Assembly: GCA_965247955.1 (NCBI GenBank) | Contig: OZ252042.1 | Location: 2,266,559 to 2,330,558 of the forward strand | Source: Vicinamibacterales bacterium | GTDB lineage: Bacteria > Acidobacteriota > Vicinamibacteria > Vicinamibacterales > UBA8438 | Direction of reading: 5' to 3' | Length of the DNA stretch: 64,000 bases | Shown here: piece by piece, positions 36,235-47,183 of the stretch | How the letters are laid out: each line of letters opens with the position of its first letter | Position numbering within the stretch: the first letter of the stretch is position 1 | Made by a program: the position numbers and the translations under genes | Notes under the pieces: model-generated | Database searches by the model: none | What the model was told of the DNA's origin: nothing | What the model saw: the letters and a program-made list of their open reading frames with translations, nothing else

Positions 36235-38361
36235 ATGTTGAGTGCCGTTAGACTTCACGGGGTCATTCCCATTCTGTTGCTGGCGCTTCTGATCGCAATT
36301 GGCCGAGCTGAGTCTCAGCAACCGCTACCGCCACAAGGTCAGGCACCAGACGCGGGAAACATCGTTGCGGAGCAGCAATCGGTCGAGCAGGAACCACTGG
36401 TCCCTATCTTCCGTACCGGGATCAACTTCATCCGAGTTGATGCCATCGTCACCGACGATGACGATAACCCCGTCACCGATCTTACAGTCGATGACTTTGA
36501 GATCATTGAAGATGGGGTTCCACAGACCGTTGAGTCATTCCAGTTTATCGAGATCAGCGACGTGTCCGCGCCGAATGCCGGACCAGTCAAGCGGATCTTT
36601 AACAAGTACGACGAAGAACGCGAGGCGTCACGGCCTGACATCCGGCTGTTCGTGATCTTCTTTGACGACTATCACGTACGGGAAGGTAATGGAGCTCGCG
36701 CTGGAATGCGCTTGGCCGAGTTCCTCAAGAACAACTTATTACCAACTGACCTGGTGGGTATCATGTACCCCCTCACGCCGCTGTTCGACGTTCGACTAAC
36801 GCGTAATCACACAGGCATTATCAACGCAGTCCAAAATCTATCGGGTGTCAAGTACAAGTACGAGGTCAGGAACGAGTTTGAGGCGCGTTACAACCACTAT
36901 CCACCAACTATCGTGGAACGCATCCGTAACGACGTGTCGCTCTCGGCTCTCAAGGGGCTCATGATTCACATGGGTGGCCTCCGTGAGGGCCGTAAGCACG
37001 TGCTGCTTGTGAGCGAGGGTTATACGAATTACGTTCCGCCTCAGTTACGCGCCCGTAGTGCCATCATCGGGTCGAGCATCATCGACAATCCAGCGAGGGG
37101 AAATTCCTTTGCCGGGGACAGTCACATCGAACAGACATATGAGTACTTCCAAAACAGCTCTCTTATGCTTGATCTCAGGGAAGTGTTTTCGACGGCGAAC
37201 CGCTTCAACACCGCGATCTACTCGCTCGACCCCCGTGGTCTCGCAATGGGAGAGTTCGACATCAGCCAGCCAAACATCAGCAACATGACCGACTCGCGAG
37301 CCCTTCAGTCGACGCAGGAAACGCTTTACGTGCTCGCCGAGGAAACAGATGGCCGCGCGATCATTAATCAAAATGATTTTTCTTCAGGGCTGCAGCAGAT
37401 GCTTCGGGACGGGAGCTCCTATTACTTACTCGGGTACAATTCCACCCAAACAGCAAACGATGGAAAGTTTCACGAAATTACGGTTCGGGTAAAGCGAAAT
37501 GACGTGAAGGTTCGGAGCCGCAAGGGCTACTGGGCCATTACTGAACGTGATGCAGAACGCGCGTTGGCCACCACGGCCAATGAACCGCCGAAGGCGGTTG
37601 ACACGGCTCTTGCCGCATTGGTGGAGCCGACCAGGCGTGGGCGTCTCGTTCGGACTTGGGTGGGTGCCTCAAAGGGAGAGAACGGCAAGACGCGCGTAAC
37701 TTTCGTCTGGGAGCCTACATCCGAGGAACGGCGCGGCGATGAACCATCGCGTGTACTCCTGACCGCCGTGGGAATTAAGGGTGGCGCTTACTATCGCGGC
37801 CGTGTCCCTGAACAGGACCAGAGTTTGGGTCGTGGCACGGTCCGTTCACGTCATGCCTCTAGTACGCCGGCGATGATGAAGGTCGAGTTCGAAGCTGATC
37901 CCGGGATGATGCAAATGAGTCTGGCGGTCGAGGGCGAAGGTGGAGAAGTATTGGACAGGGATCTTGACGAAATCGAGATTCAGGATTTCACTGGCACGGA
38001 CGTCATGATCAGCACTCCATCATTCGTCAGGGCGCGTAACAGCCTGGAGTGGAAGAAGCTCGTCGAGGACTGGGACGCGGTACCTAGTACCGGACGGGAA
38101 TTTCGACGGACGGACCGCCTGCTGATTCGTTTCGAGGCGTACGCGCCGGGGACCTCCGTGCCGGACACCAAGGCGCGGCTGCTCAATCGTGGTGGCGATC
38201 CGATGTATCCACTCGACATCCAACCGGCGGCAGACGGCTATTCCTATCAGGTGGACCTGATACCGGCAAATCTACCACCCGGTGAATATGTCATTGAGCT
38301 CAAGGCGTCGGCTCCGGAAAGTGAAACGACGGAGCTCGTAGCCTTCAGACTTTCGTCGTAG
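36235..38361 (+). CDS. VWA domain-containing protein (acidobacterial VWFA-related type), secreted
   Basis: ORF 36145..38361. The Met at 36235 starts a signal peptide. The N-terminal FRTGINFIRVDAIVTDDDDNPVTDLTVDDFEIIEDGVPQTV block is typical of the VWFA-related family common in Acidobacteria. Confidence 0.7.
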   Translation: MLSAVRLHGVIPILLLALLIAIGRAESQQPLPPQGQAPDAGNIVAEQQSVEQEPLVPIFRTGINFIRVDAIVTDDDDNPVTDLTVDDFEIIEDGVPQTVESFQFIEISDVSAPNAGPVKRIFNKYDEEREASRPDIRLFVIFFDDYHVREGNGARAGMRLAEFLKNNLLPTDLVGIMYPLTPLFDVRLTRNHTGIINAVQNLSGVKYKYEVRNEFEARYNHYPPTIVERIRNDVSLSALKGLMIHMGGLREGRKHVLLVSEGYTNYVPPQLRARSAIIGSSIIDNPARGNSFAGDSHIEQTYEYFQNSSLMLDLREVFSTANRFNTAIYSLDPRGLAMGEFDISQPNISNMTDSRALQSTQETLYVLAEETDGRAIINQNDFSSGLQQMLRDGSSYYLLGYNSTQTANDGKFHEITVRVKRNDVKVRSRKGYWAITERDAERALATTANEPPKAVDTALAALVEPTRRGRLVRTWVGASKGENGKTRVTFVWEPTSEERRGDEPSRVLLTAVGIKGGAYYRGRVPEQDQSLGRGTVRSRHASSTPAMMKVEFEADPGMMQMSLAVEGEGGEVLDRDLDEIEIQDFTGTDVMISTPSFVRARNSLEWKKLVEDWDAVPSTGREFRRTDRLLIRFEAYAPGTSVPDTKARLLNRGGDPMYPLDIQPAADGYSYQVDLIPANLPPGEYVIELKASAPESETTELVAFRLSS

Positions 38362-38475
38362 GTCGACCGCAAAGGTGCCACCGTTTACCCACGACCGTAG
38401 CTTTACCATTGGTTCTGGTCGTTCTGTCAATCCTTAGTAGCTTGGTTGTTCCGGCTCTTGATACGATCAGCTGAC

Positions 38476-41142
38476 ATGTCCGAGCTGAAGAAAGTATTCG
38501 AACACGCGAAGGTCGATCCAAAGTGGTACGCCCACTGGGAGCGGATAGGTGCTTTCCGTGCCGATCCGTCGTCGGACCGCATGCCCTTCAGCATGGTAAT
38601 TCCCCCACCCAACGTTACCGGGTGGTTGCACATCGGCCACGCGCTAAACCAGACCCTTCCGGACATCGTGGCTCGCTGGAAGCGGATGCAAGGATTTGAC
38701 GTGTTGTGGTTGCCAGGCACCGATCACGCGGGCATCGCGACACAGAACGTCGTGGAGAAGCAGCTGGCCGCCGAGGGGAAGACACGCCACGACCTTGGGC
38801 GTGAAGCCTTTGAGGAACGAGTCTGGGAGTGGGTCAAGCAGAGCCACAGTACCATCACCAACCAGATGCGTAAGCTCGGCTCCTCGGTCGACTGGACGCG
38901 CGAGCGATTCACTCTTGACGCGAGTTTGTCTCGAGCGGTCCGGCGTGTATTTGTCGCTTTGTATCGTGAAGACCTCATCTACCGTGGTAATTATCTAGTG
39001 AGCTGGTGTCCCAGGTGTGGAACGGCGCTCTCGGATCTTGAAGTCGTCCACAAGGAGAGTAAAGGCAAGCTCTTCCACATCCGGTACCCCTACCTCGAGG
39101 GGGACGGTGCGGTCACCGTTGCAACGACGCGGCCAGAGACGATGCTGGGGGACACTGCGGTGGCGGTGCATCCTGACGACGAGCGTTACCGCGACATCAT
39201 GACCCGAAAGGTCAGGTTGCCGGTTATTGGCCGCGAGCTTCCCTTTGTGGCTGATTCCGTAGTCGACCCTAAATTCGGTACCGGCGCGGTCAAGGTGACA
39301 CCCGCCCACGACCCTACAGACTTTGCGATTGGTGAGCGGCACGATTTACCGCACGTGTCGGTGATCGATGAGAACGGACGAATGACAAACGAGGCGGGAC
39401 CATACGCGGGGCAGGATCGCTTTGCCGCTCGGAAGGCATTGATACGCCAACTCGAGGAAGAGGGACTCCTTGCTGGTGTCGAGGCACACGTGCACGCGAT
39501 CGGGCACTGTCAGCGCTGTGGCACCGTTATCGAACCGCTTGTTTCGACGCAGTGGTTTGTAAAGATTAGGCCGCTGGCTGAGCAGGCGATCGAGGTAGTC
39601 AGACAAGGGCGGACTCAAATCGTTCCTGATAATTGGACTAAAACGTATTTCGACTGGATGACGAACATTCACGATTGGTGTGTCTCGCGTCAGTTGTGGT
39701 GGGGACATCGGATCCCAGCCTGGTATTGCGACATTTGTGGGAAGACTCTAGTCGTCGAGGAAACGCCATCCGTCTGCCCATGTGGCGGCGCCCTGAGGCA
39801 GGACACCGATGTGCTCGACACCTGGTTCAGCTCTGGTTTGTGGCCTTTCAGCACAATGGGTTGGCCTGACAAGACCAAATATCTTGAGCGCTACTATCCA
39901 ACCACTCTGCTGATTACCGCCCATGACATCATCTTTTTTTGGGTAGCCCGCATGATGATGTTAGGCGTGAAGTTCGCGGGCGATGTGCCTTTCAAGCAGG
40001 TTTACATTACATCACTGGTTCGGGACGAGCATGGCCAGAAGATGAGCAAGTCGAAGGGGAACGTGGTCGATCCTCTTGAGTTGATTGGAGAGATCGGTGC
40101 CGATGCGTTCCGCTTCACTCTAGCTTCACTTGCCTCGCCGGGCATGGACATTTCATTGTCAGAAGGGCGGCTCCGTGGATATCGTCAGTTCATCAACAAG
40201 GTCTGGAACGCCTCGCGGTTCGTGTTAATGAACGTACCATCGACGTTAAACGAGCGTCCAGCTGTTCCGCCGGCCCCTAGTCTCAACCTGATCCACCGGT
40301 GGATGTTGCACCGGACGAGCGCCCTAGCAGACGAGTTACACACTGCACTGACTAAATTCCGTTTTGACGTGGCCTCTGATCGTCTCCATCACTTTTTTTG
40401 GCACGAATACGCAGATTGGTACATCGAACTAGTCAAACCTGAGCTCCAGTCCAGAGGAGAAGCACGTGATACTGCTATAGCTGTGTTATTAGAGGTTCAC
40501 GATCGGATTCTTCGCATGCTGCATCCGTTCATCCCGTTCGTGACCGAGGAGATCTGGCAGGCGCTACCGAAACGATCGGGCGATGGCGTAGCTCCCAACG
40601 GACAGGGCCACACGATCGCACTTACCGCGTTTCCCAGAAAGGAACCGAAATGGGTGGATGATGAAGCCGTTGCCGCTATGAGTTTGCTCCAGGAGCTCAC
40701 GACGACCATCCGGACCGTGCGGTCTGAGTGGGGAGTTCCGCCGGCACGGCGCATCTCAGTTATCGTGCAAGGCGCTAGTCCAGAGATCCGTCAGATTATC
40801 GAAACACAACGGAGCCACGTTAACGGTCTGGCTGGGCTAGGGACACTTGACTGTGCTACCAAGGTTGAACGCAACCGAGATACGGTTCGGCGCGTCGTCA
40901 GAGATTTTCAGATTCACATTCCACTTGCCGGTATCGTTGACCGGAATAAGGAGACCGAGCGGATTAAACGCGAGCTCGTAAAGCTGAGAAAGCAACGGGG
41001 GGTACTCCAGGCACGGCTTTCCACCCGGGCGTTCATCGAACGGGCCGCGCCGGAGGTTGTGCTGGAGGCGACGACACAGGAGAGCAAGATTGGTATCAAG
41101 CAGGAGAAACTCGAGCAGATCCTCGAAGAGTTGGTCGGATGA
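38476..41142 (+). CDS. valS: valine--tRNA ligase
   Basis: [15 protein letters not shown] (HIGH), KMSKSKGN, and a C-terminal coiled coil. The Met at 38476 fits the conserved N-terminus. Confidence 0.95.
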   Translation: MSELKKVFEHAKVDPKWYAHWERIGAFRADPSSDRMPFSMVIPPPNVTGWLHIGHALNQTLPDIVARWKRMQGFDVLWLPGTDHAGIATQNVVEKQLAAEGKTRHDLGREAFEERVWEWVKQSHSTITNQMRKLGSSVDWTRERFTLDASLSRAVRRVFVALYREDLIYRGNYLVSWCPRCGTALSDLEVVHKESKGKLFHIRYPYLEGDGAVTVATTRPETMLGDTAVAVHPDDERYRDIMTRKVRLPVIGRELPFVADSVVDPKFGTGAVKVTPAHDPTDFAIGERHDLPHVSVIDENGRMTNEAGPYAGQDRFAARKALIRQLEEEGLLAGVEAHVHAIGHCQRCGTVIEPLVSTQWFVKIRPLAEQAIEVVRQGRTQIVPDNWTKTYFDWMTNIHDWCVSRQLWWGHRIPAWYCDICGKTLVVEETPSVCPCGGALRQDTDVLDTWFSSGLWPFSTMGWPDKTKYLERYYPTTLLITAHDIIFFWVARMMMLGVKFAGDVPFKQVYITSLVRDEHGQKMSKSKGNVVDPLELIGEIGADAFRFTLASLASPGMDISLSEGRLRGYRQFINKVWNASRFVLMNVPSTLNERPAVPPAPSLNLIHRWMLHRTSALADELHTALTKFRFDVASDRLHHFFWHEYADWYIELVKPELQSRGEARDTAIAVLLEVHDRILRMLHPFIPFVTEEIWQALPKRSGDGVAPNGQGHTIALTAFPRKEPKWVDDEAVAAMSLLQELTTTIRTVRSEWGVPPARRISVIVQGASPEIRQIIETQRSHVNGLAGLGTLDCATKVERNRDTVRRVVRDFQIHIPLAGIVDRNKETERIKRELVKLRKQRGVLQARLSTRAFIERAAPEVVLEATTQESKIGIKQEKLEQILEELVG

Positions 41143-42023
41143 AGACTGAACCGTTCGGTCCGCTGGATCCGTCACTGTATCGCGAGATCGTGCGTCAAGC
41201 ACTCGCGGAGGACATGCGTTGTGGCGATTTAACAACGGACTCAATGGTATCAAGCGAGGAGCGCGCCACGGGCGAGATCCTAATGAAGTCACCGTGCATT
41301 CTAGCGGGGCTTGAGGTGGCCATCGAGGCTTTCCTGCAACTAGATCAACACGCCGAGGTTTCCAGATTCCGAACAGATAGCGAGCCCTGTCAGGCTGGTG
41401 ATATTGTTGCGCGGATTACCGGGCTTGCGGCTGCCTTGTTGACGGCCGAACGGACCGCGCTTAATTTCTTGCAGCGGATGTCCGGAATCGCGACTTTAAC
41501 GCGACGCTTTGTCGACGAGGCTGCCGGTCGGATTACTATCCTGGACACTCGGAAGACGACCCCGACACTTCGAGTGCTCGAGAAGTACGCGGTGCGTGCT
41601 GGCGGAGGTGTCAACCATCGGTTTGGTTTAAACGATGGACTTCTGATCAAGGAGAATCACACTCGTGTCGCTGGTTCGGTGCTCGATGCCGTGCACCGAG
41701 TTCGTGAAGCCAAACACGACATGCCGATTGAGATCGAAGCCCACAGTCTAGCAGACGTAACTGCCGGGCTCGCGGCGGGTGCCGACGAAATTCTGGTAGA
41801 CAATTTCGCGATTGAAGATGTGAGTGAAGCTGTGCGGCTTGTCCATGGGCGTGCGAAGGTTGAGGTTTCTGGCGGTATTACCCTTGAACGACTCGATGCG
41901 GTTGCCTCAACCGGTGCCGATTACGTGTCAGTCGGCGTGCTGACCCATTCGGCACCAGCGGCGGACATCAGCTTCGAACTCCAGCGGCTGGCCATTGCGT
42001 CCGGCGGCGATTCTTGTAAATGA
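41139..42023 (+). CDS. nadC: nicotinate-nucleotide diphosphorylase (carboxylating)
   Basis: [22 protein letters not shown]...[30 protein letters not shown]. It overlaps valS by 4 nt. Confidence 0.9.
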   Translation: MKTEPFGPLDPSLYREIVRQALAEDMRCGDLTTDSMVSSEERATGEILMKSPCILAGLEVAIEAFLQLDQHAEVSRFRTDSEPCQAGDIVARITGLAAALLTAERTALNFLQRMSGIATLTRRFVDEAAGRITILDTRKTTPTLRVLEKYAVRAGGGVNHRFGLNDGLLIKENHTRVAGSVLDAVHRVREAKHDMPIEIEAHSLADVTAGLAAGADEILVDNFAIEDVSEAVRLVHGRAKVEVSGGITLERLDAVASTGADYVSVGVLTHSAPAADISFELQRLAIASGGDSCK

Positions 42024-42029
42024 TCTGGT

Positions 42030-42854
42030 ATGACTGATTACGTGCCGTCAGATGTTGCCGGGGCTGTTCGCCAGGCGGCCGCTCGGCTGGGGTCCTTTGC
42101 TGGGCGCTTGTTCTACTTCTCCGTGGTGTCGTCGACCAATGACGTTGCCACGCATTTGGCGGCAGACGGTGCGGCCGATGGCACGACAGTTCTGGCGGCG
42201 GCGCAGACCTCCGGTCGTGGGCGGAGGGGACACGCGTGGTTTTCACCACCCGACGACGGTTTGTACTTTTCCATTGTACTGCGGCACCTTGGGAGAGCTC
42301 CCCAGGTTGTGACTCTGATGGCTGGAGTTGCAGTGGCCGAGGCGCTCCGTGATTCCACAGGGCTAGCGGCTGAACTCAAGTGGCCCAATGATGTCGTGGT
42401 CACGACTGAAGTTGAAACTGAGCGCGGTGTGGCCACGCAGCGCAAGGTTGCTGGAATCCTTGCCGAGGCTCCTGGTTCTACCGATGCGGCAGATACCATC
42501 ATCCTTGGGATTGGTATCAACGTTCGTCGGACCGAATACCCGGTCGAACTTGCGGCGTGCGCAAGCTCGATCGAAGCTGAAGTCGCTGGGCCCGTCGATC
42601 GGGCGGCCGTATTTGTTACCGTACTTGAAGCGCTGGAGCGCTGGCGTAAGCGCTTTCTGGCTGGTGACCGAAAAATTCTACTGACACGGTGGCAGGAGCT
42701 AGCGCCTACCAGTGTAGGCACTCGCGTGGCGTGGCGCAGCGACAAAGCCCGCCGGCACGGGGTGACAGCCGGCCTGGCATCTGACGGGGCGTTGCTCGTT
42801 AAGTGCGGGTGTGAGACGGAGCGGATTGTTGGGGGTGAGTTGACCTGGTTGTAG
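42030..42854 (+). CDS. birA: biotin--[acetyl-CoA-carboxylase] ligase (no N-terminal HTH)
   Basis: VVSSTNDVA...AAAQTSGRGRRGHAWFSP...LKWPNDV motifs. Confidence 0.85.
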   Translation: MTDYVPSDVAGAVRQAAARLGSFAGRLFYFSVVSSTNDVATHLAADGAADGTTVLAAAQTSGRGRRGHAWFSPPDDGLYFSIVLRHLGRAPQVVTLMAGVAVAEALRDSTGLAAELKWPNDVVVTTEVETERGVATQRKVAGILAEAPGSTDAADTIILGIGINVRRTEYPVELAACASSIEAEVAGPVDRAAVFVTVLEALERWRKRFLAGDRKILLTRWQELAPTSVGTRVAWRSDKARRHGVTAGLASDGALLVKCGCETERIVGGELTWL

Positions 42855-42860
42855 AAGTCT

Positions 42861-43649
42861 ATGCTGCTGGCGATTGATATAGGTAATACGAACATCGTGC
42901 TCGGTATCTTCGAGGGTGCGACGCTGAAGGTCAGCTGGCGCCTCGCTACGGTGCGAAACCGCACAGTGGACGAGTTTTGGGTGCTGGTTAGCCGTTTCTT
43001 CGCGGAACGCAAGGTCAACTTGGAGAAGATCGATGGGGTCGTGCTTTCGTCTGTAGTGCCAGCGCTTACAGGCACGGTGACCAAGATGTTGTCCCGTGGG
43101 TTGAAGCAAGTGCCGCTCAGTGTTGACGCGACCAACGCAGGGTTATCGATTCGATACGAGAACTCCGCCGAGGTTGGTGCCGACCGGCTGGTCAACGCCG
43201 TTGCGGCCTTAGCAGTGTACGGTAAGCCTAACACTCCTGAAATCGTCGTAGATTTCGGTACCGCCACCACTTTTGACGCGTTATCAGCTACCGGCGAGTA
43301 TTTGGGCGGGGTGATCTGCCCGGGAGTTGAGATCTCGGCCGATGCACTATTTCAGCGAGCTGCACAGTTGCCGCGGGTCGATGTGTGTCGTCCGGATGAG
43401 TTGATCGGTCGCACGACGGTCGCCTCTATGCAGTCGGGTTTATTCTTTGGGTACGTGGCTATGGTCGAGGGGGTAGTCGAGCGGCTCGTGCGCGAGCTGA
43501 CGGGTAATGGCGATGTCGTGACGGTGGCGACGGGTGGGTTGGCACACGAAGTAGCTACCGAGACCGACGTTATCGATCACGTAGATGTGAACCTCACGCT
43601 CACGGGACTGAGGCTGGTCTGGGAACGGAACCAAGGAGTCAGGAGGTAA
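42861..43649 (+). CDS. coaX: type III pantothenate kinase
   Basis: MLLAIDIGNTNIVLGIF...ADRLVNAVAA...DFGTATTFD motifs. Confidence 0.9.
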   Translation: MLLAIDIGNTNIVLGIFEGATLKVSWRLATVRNRTVDEFWVLVSRFFAERKVNLEKIDGVVLSSVVPALTGTVTKMLSRGLKQVPLSVDATNAGLSIRYENSAEVGADRLVNAVAALAVYGKPNTPEIVVDFGTATTFDALSATGEYLGGVICPGVEISADALFQRAAQLPRVDVCRPDELIGRTTVASMQSGLFFGYVAMVEGVVERLVRELTGNGDVVTVATGGLAHEVATETDVIDHVDVNLTLTGLRLVWERNQGVRR

Positions 43650-43658
43650 GTTTCGAGA

Positions 43659-44345
43659 ATGGATCCAGGCTCCTATTGTCGTGAGGTTGAGGTGTATCTT
43701 GGTCGTAAGAACGACGGACACCTTATTCGCATTGTGGGCCCAGCTTTCGAACTCGTCAGTGACTGGGCCAACCAGGATATCCCGCTTCGTATCGTCTGCC
43801 GAGCAATCGATCGAACCTTCGATCGGTACTACGCGGTAGGACGGAAACGTCGACCGGTTCGGATCGAATACTGTGAGGCCAACGTCCTCGATCTCTACGA
43901 CGACTGGCGCCGCGCGGTAGGAGTAGCATCTTCGGTCTCGTCTGGTAGCTCAGGACGTGGACCGTCGCTTGCGAAACACCTCGAACAGGTGATTACTCGT
44001 TTAAAGGCCTGGCGTGACAGCAGCGATCGGCCGTCAGGCGTTGAATCGCTCATAGATGGCCTCGTGCGGGAATTGGATGCCGCCAGGGATTCGGCTAAAA
44101 CGGCGCGGGGCTCGACCCGTCAACGGTTGTTGACCCTACTGGCGGATGTCGATGGCCAACTCGTGGCGACTTTGCGACAAACGGCGGAGATGTCGCTTCG
44201 TGTACGCCTTCGGGAGGAAACGGAGCGAGATCTTGAGCCGTTTCGTGAACGGATGCCGAGCGTCGCGTTTAAACAGGCGGTCGAGGCTGGCGCCGATAGG
44301 CTACTACGCGACTATTTCAAGCTGCCACGCGTTTCTTTTGACTAG
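43659..44345 (+). CDS. hypothetical protein
   Basis: 228-aa ORF 10 nt after coaX. It has a Cys-containing N-terminal domain and a helical Arg/Glu-rich C-terminal half. I recognise no family. Confidence 0.5.
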   Translation: MDPGSYCREVEVYLGRKNDGHLIRIVGPAFELVSDWANQDIPLRIVCRAIDRTFDRYYAVGRKRRPVRIEYCEANVLDLYDDWRRAVGVASSVSSGSSGRGPSLAKHLEQVITRLKAWRDSSDRPSGVESLIDGLVRELDAARDSAKTARGSTRQRLLTLLADVDGQLVATLRQTAEMSLRVRLREETERDLEPFRERMPSVAFKQAVEAGADRLLRDYFKLPRVSFD

Positions 44346-44570
44346 GGTGCTCACGAGCAAGACGATACTCGTTTTGCGTAGGGAGAGATAGTCGCCGATG
44401 GGTTGTGGCGTTTTGCTAGAGAGGCGCTATCAAATGCGAACATATTTTTACGTGCGAAACAGCCATGTTGGCTTTCTGCACGGTGGTACTCATGTGGTAC
44501 ACAGTATCTCGAGGCGTTTGACTTTTTCCCAGACACAGTACACGTCGAGTTTGGCCGGCGCTGGATCGGT

Positions 44571-46577
44571 CTACATCAGCGGCGGGACCTCGCACCCCAT
44601 CAGGTTCAGCGCACGCGTCAACTGCTGACGAGAGTAGCTGACGGCGGCTGCACGCCAGAGCCTGACGTCCTGACGGTTCTCGTTTATGACTTGGTAGCGG
44701 TGGTAAAAGGTATTAAAGGCTTGCGCTAGGCTAAAGGCGTACTTGGCGAGTAAAGAGAGCTCTAGGGTGCGCACGGCTTGGCCAGCGACTTCATCGAGAC
44801 GTGCAGCCTCGAGCACTAACGCCCAGAGGTCAGTAGCACCAGCATCGCCATCATCGATCAACGCCGTCGGAGCAAGGGTGTCCAGCAGCGCTGCTAGTTG
44901 TGTCTCATCGTGACCATCGCGGGCCTGAAACTTTCGCAGTATGTTGGTTGCTCGAACAGTGGCGTACTGAAGATAGGGCCCGCTTTCACCTTCGAAGCTC
45001 AATGCCTCCTCGATGTCAAAAGCAATCACCTTCCCGCGCGAGTATTTGATCATGGAATACCGAATGGCCGCGACTGCAATTATTCCCGCGATACGGTCGG
45101 CCTCGGCATCTGATAGTTCCTTGTTACGCGCCACGACCTCCTGCCGTGCTGCGTCGGTGACGCGATCGAGCAGGTCGTCGGCCTTGACCCCTAACCCTTT
45201 ACGGCCAGAGACCTCGATAAACGGTTGTCCAGCCTCCGTGTCGACGTCGTAGCCAAACGCACTTGCGGTCGCTGGAGACAACGCGACCATTTCGTAAGAG
45301 AAATGCATCGAATGTTCAGCCTCGTTGGCGTGCTTGATGGCGAAGAGCGCCTGCTTTAAGAGATTCTGCAAGTAGCTTTGTCGCGTGTCGATGACGTTAT
45401 AGACGGCACTTGCACGGCCAAAGGGTGGCGGGGCGGATCCGCTTGTGGCCGTTGCCTCGGTTGCCCAGATCGGTCGGTCCGATCGCTGATGGGCGTATAG
45501 GCGGTAGTGGAAATCCTTGTCCAGCAGTCCGAACTTCCAGAACTGGTAGGCGATGTCCTTGCCGACGTAGGTAACAGTTCCGTCAGATCGGACTATGACT
45601 TTTGCCGGTGCGGCTTCCCTGGTTGCATCGTCTGGAGTCTCGGTTGACCCCGGCCTGTCGTCCAGAAGCATGACCCAGCAGCCGGCTTGTGCACCTTTTG
45701 TTTGATGGAAGACCGCGCCCGACTTCTTCAGCACGTCGAAAGCTCGAGTCCAAAATTCCAGCCTGAGAATATCGCCTTCCCAGGCGAGGAGATCGTAATC
45801 GACGTTGAGCCGTTCCATCGTGGCAAGGTGACATCGCACAATTCGGTCGGCGATGAATGCGGCGATTTTCGAGGTTTCGTTGTCCCCGTTCTCCAGGTCT
45901 TGCAACGCGCGCGTCCTGAACTTAAGACGAGCAGTATCCGCCTTGTACCATTCGGTAACCTGTGCGTAGAGGTCCCAGCAGTGGTAGTCGAAGCGACTGT
46001 TGTTAGCCAGGTGTGTAATCTCGTTAAGTCCCTTCTGCTGGAGTTCGCGAAAGCCGACGACGACATCAGCCACCTGCACGCCAGTATCGTCGATGTAGTT
46101 CTGCACCTCGACAAGGCGATGCTGGAAACGAAGCAGTCGCACTAGGGTATCGCCGAGTGCGGCGTTACGCATGTGGCCAATGTGCGCTGCTTTATTCGGG
46201 TTGATCGAGGTGTGCTCGACGATCGTCTTTCCTTCGGCTGCAGTGGGGCTAGGTTTTCCGACAGCCGGGGCGATGACAGTCTTGAGAAATGCCGGACGAT
46301 TGAGATACAGGTTGACGTATCCGCTGGGAGTCGCCTCGGCCTTGGTGACACCGTCGATCTGGCCGAGCGCCGCGACAATTTCTTTCCCGATCAACTTGGG
46401 GGCTTTCCGAAGTGTACGCGAGAGCTCGAAGGCCACCGTGATCGAGAGATCGCCCAAACTTCGATTTGGTGGGTATTTGATGACGATCTCTGGCAACGAT
46501 GACTCGTCGAGTCCGTAGTGTTTGGTTAAGACCGTCCGGAACTTCGCCCTTACGGCGTTGTGAAGAGGCAGAATCAT
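44571..46577 (-). CDS. argS: arginine--tRNA ligase (long form)
   Basis: NPNKAAHIGHMRNAALGD (HIGH), a DALR-type anticodon-binding C-terminus ending ...LNLMGCEVPPLM. The ATG at 46577 overlaps the mobA stop (ATGA). An alternative GTG lies at 46595. Confidence 0.9.
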   Translation of the reverse strand: MILPLHNAVRAKFRTVLTKHYGLDESSLPEIVIKYPPNRSLGDLSITVAFELSRTLRKAPKLIGKEIVAALGQIDGVTKAEATPSGYVNLYLNRPAFLKTVIAPAVGKPSPTAAEGKTIVEHTSINPNKAAHIGHMRNAALGDTLVRLLRFQHRLVEVQNYIDDTGVQVADVVVGFRELQQKGLNEITHLANNSRFDYHCWDLYAQVTEWYKADTARLKFRTRALQDLENGDNETSKIAAFIADRIVRCHLATMERLNVDYDLLAWEGDILRLEFWTRAFDVLKKSGAVFHQTKGAQAGCWVMLLDDRPGSTETPDDATREAAPAKVIVRSDGTVTYVGKDIAYQFWKFGLLDKDFHYRLYAHQRSDRPIWATEATATSGSAPPPFGRASAVYNVIDTRQSYLQNLLKQALFAIKHANEAEHSMHFSYEMVALSPATASAFGYDVDTEAGQPFIEVSGRKGLGVKADDLLDRVTDAARQEVVARNKELSDAEADRIAGIIAVAAIRYSMIKYSRGKVIAFDIEEALSFEGESGPYLQYATVRATNILRKFQARDGHDETQLAALLDTLAPTALIDDGDAGATDLWALVLEAARLDEVAGQAVRTLELSLLAKYAFSLAQAFNTFYHRYQVINENRQDVRLWRAAAVSYSRQQLTRALNLMGCEVPPLM

Positions 46578-47158
46578 CTTGCTAATTCGAGACACCGAGA
46601 GTAGTCGTCTGGTGTATTGATGTTGAAGAAGAGGGTACCATTGGTGTCGAAGCGGGAGATTTCGTCTGGCCAGACCTCGCGCACGGTGAACTCAGACAAC
46701 ATATCTGTTACCTTCAGAGCGCCGGTTTCGATCTGGTGTCTGATCACCGGAATGCATATATCATTGTACGAAGTACAAAGAGGGTGTAAGCGATCTGCTG
46801 TTCTTGGGATCGTCACGTCGACGTCTCGCCTGACACGGGCGAGGTACTGTAGGAACGCTTCCGTCAAGACCGGCATGTCACAAGCTATGACTAGCGTGGA
46901 TGATGTGGTCCCGTTGACAAGCGCGGTCAAGATGGCACCCAATGGTCCGGTACCAGACACGAGGTCTTGCCAGATTGGAACGCCTATTCCACCGTAGAGG
47001 TCGCAATCATTGGCAATGATCACCATTTGTCTCGCAACCGAATACAAGACGTCGATCTGGCGATCGATAAGGCGTTGGTCACCGATGGGGAGAAACGCTT
47101 TGGGCCGGCCGCCAAAGCGACGCGCATGTCCGCCGGCAAGAATCGCCGCCGTTCACAT
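46574..47158 (-). CDS. mobA: molybdenum cofactor guanylyltransferase MobA, with in-frame TGA as codon 2 (possible pseudogene)
   Basis: Reads ATG(47158..47156) TGA(47155..47153), then TAAILAGGHARRFGGRPKAFLPIGDQRLIDRQIDVL... (the LAGG..R.GG nucleotide-binding motif). This continues into ORF 46574..47047 (...LVIACDMP...). The first conventional start after the TGA is TTG 47047, which would delete the motif. Confidence 0.7.
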
Positions 47159-47183
47159 TTGTCAGGGCAACCTTATCAGATAA

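Noticed and set aside
42113-43270. 385-aa ORF on the minus strand spanning birA and coaX. Similar long antisense ORFs occur at 34061..34840 (opposite rpsA), 59556..60308 (opposite the DnaC-like gene) and 27083..27616 (opposite scpA).
   Set aside because: These are low-complexity Ser/Arg/Ala/Thr-rich translations with no recognisable motifs. Each lies fully antisense to a gene with strong family signatures. This is the typical open-frame artefact of GC-rich coding DNA.
47153-47155. The TGA at mobA codon 2 as evidence for genetic-code reassignment (TGA read as Gly or Trp) or selenocysteine.
   Set aside because: TGA clearly terminates many well-conserved genes in this window, including gatC, trpS-adjacent genes, lnt and the prfB frame-0 stop. 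No SECIS-like context is evident.
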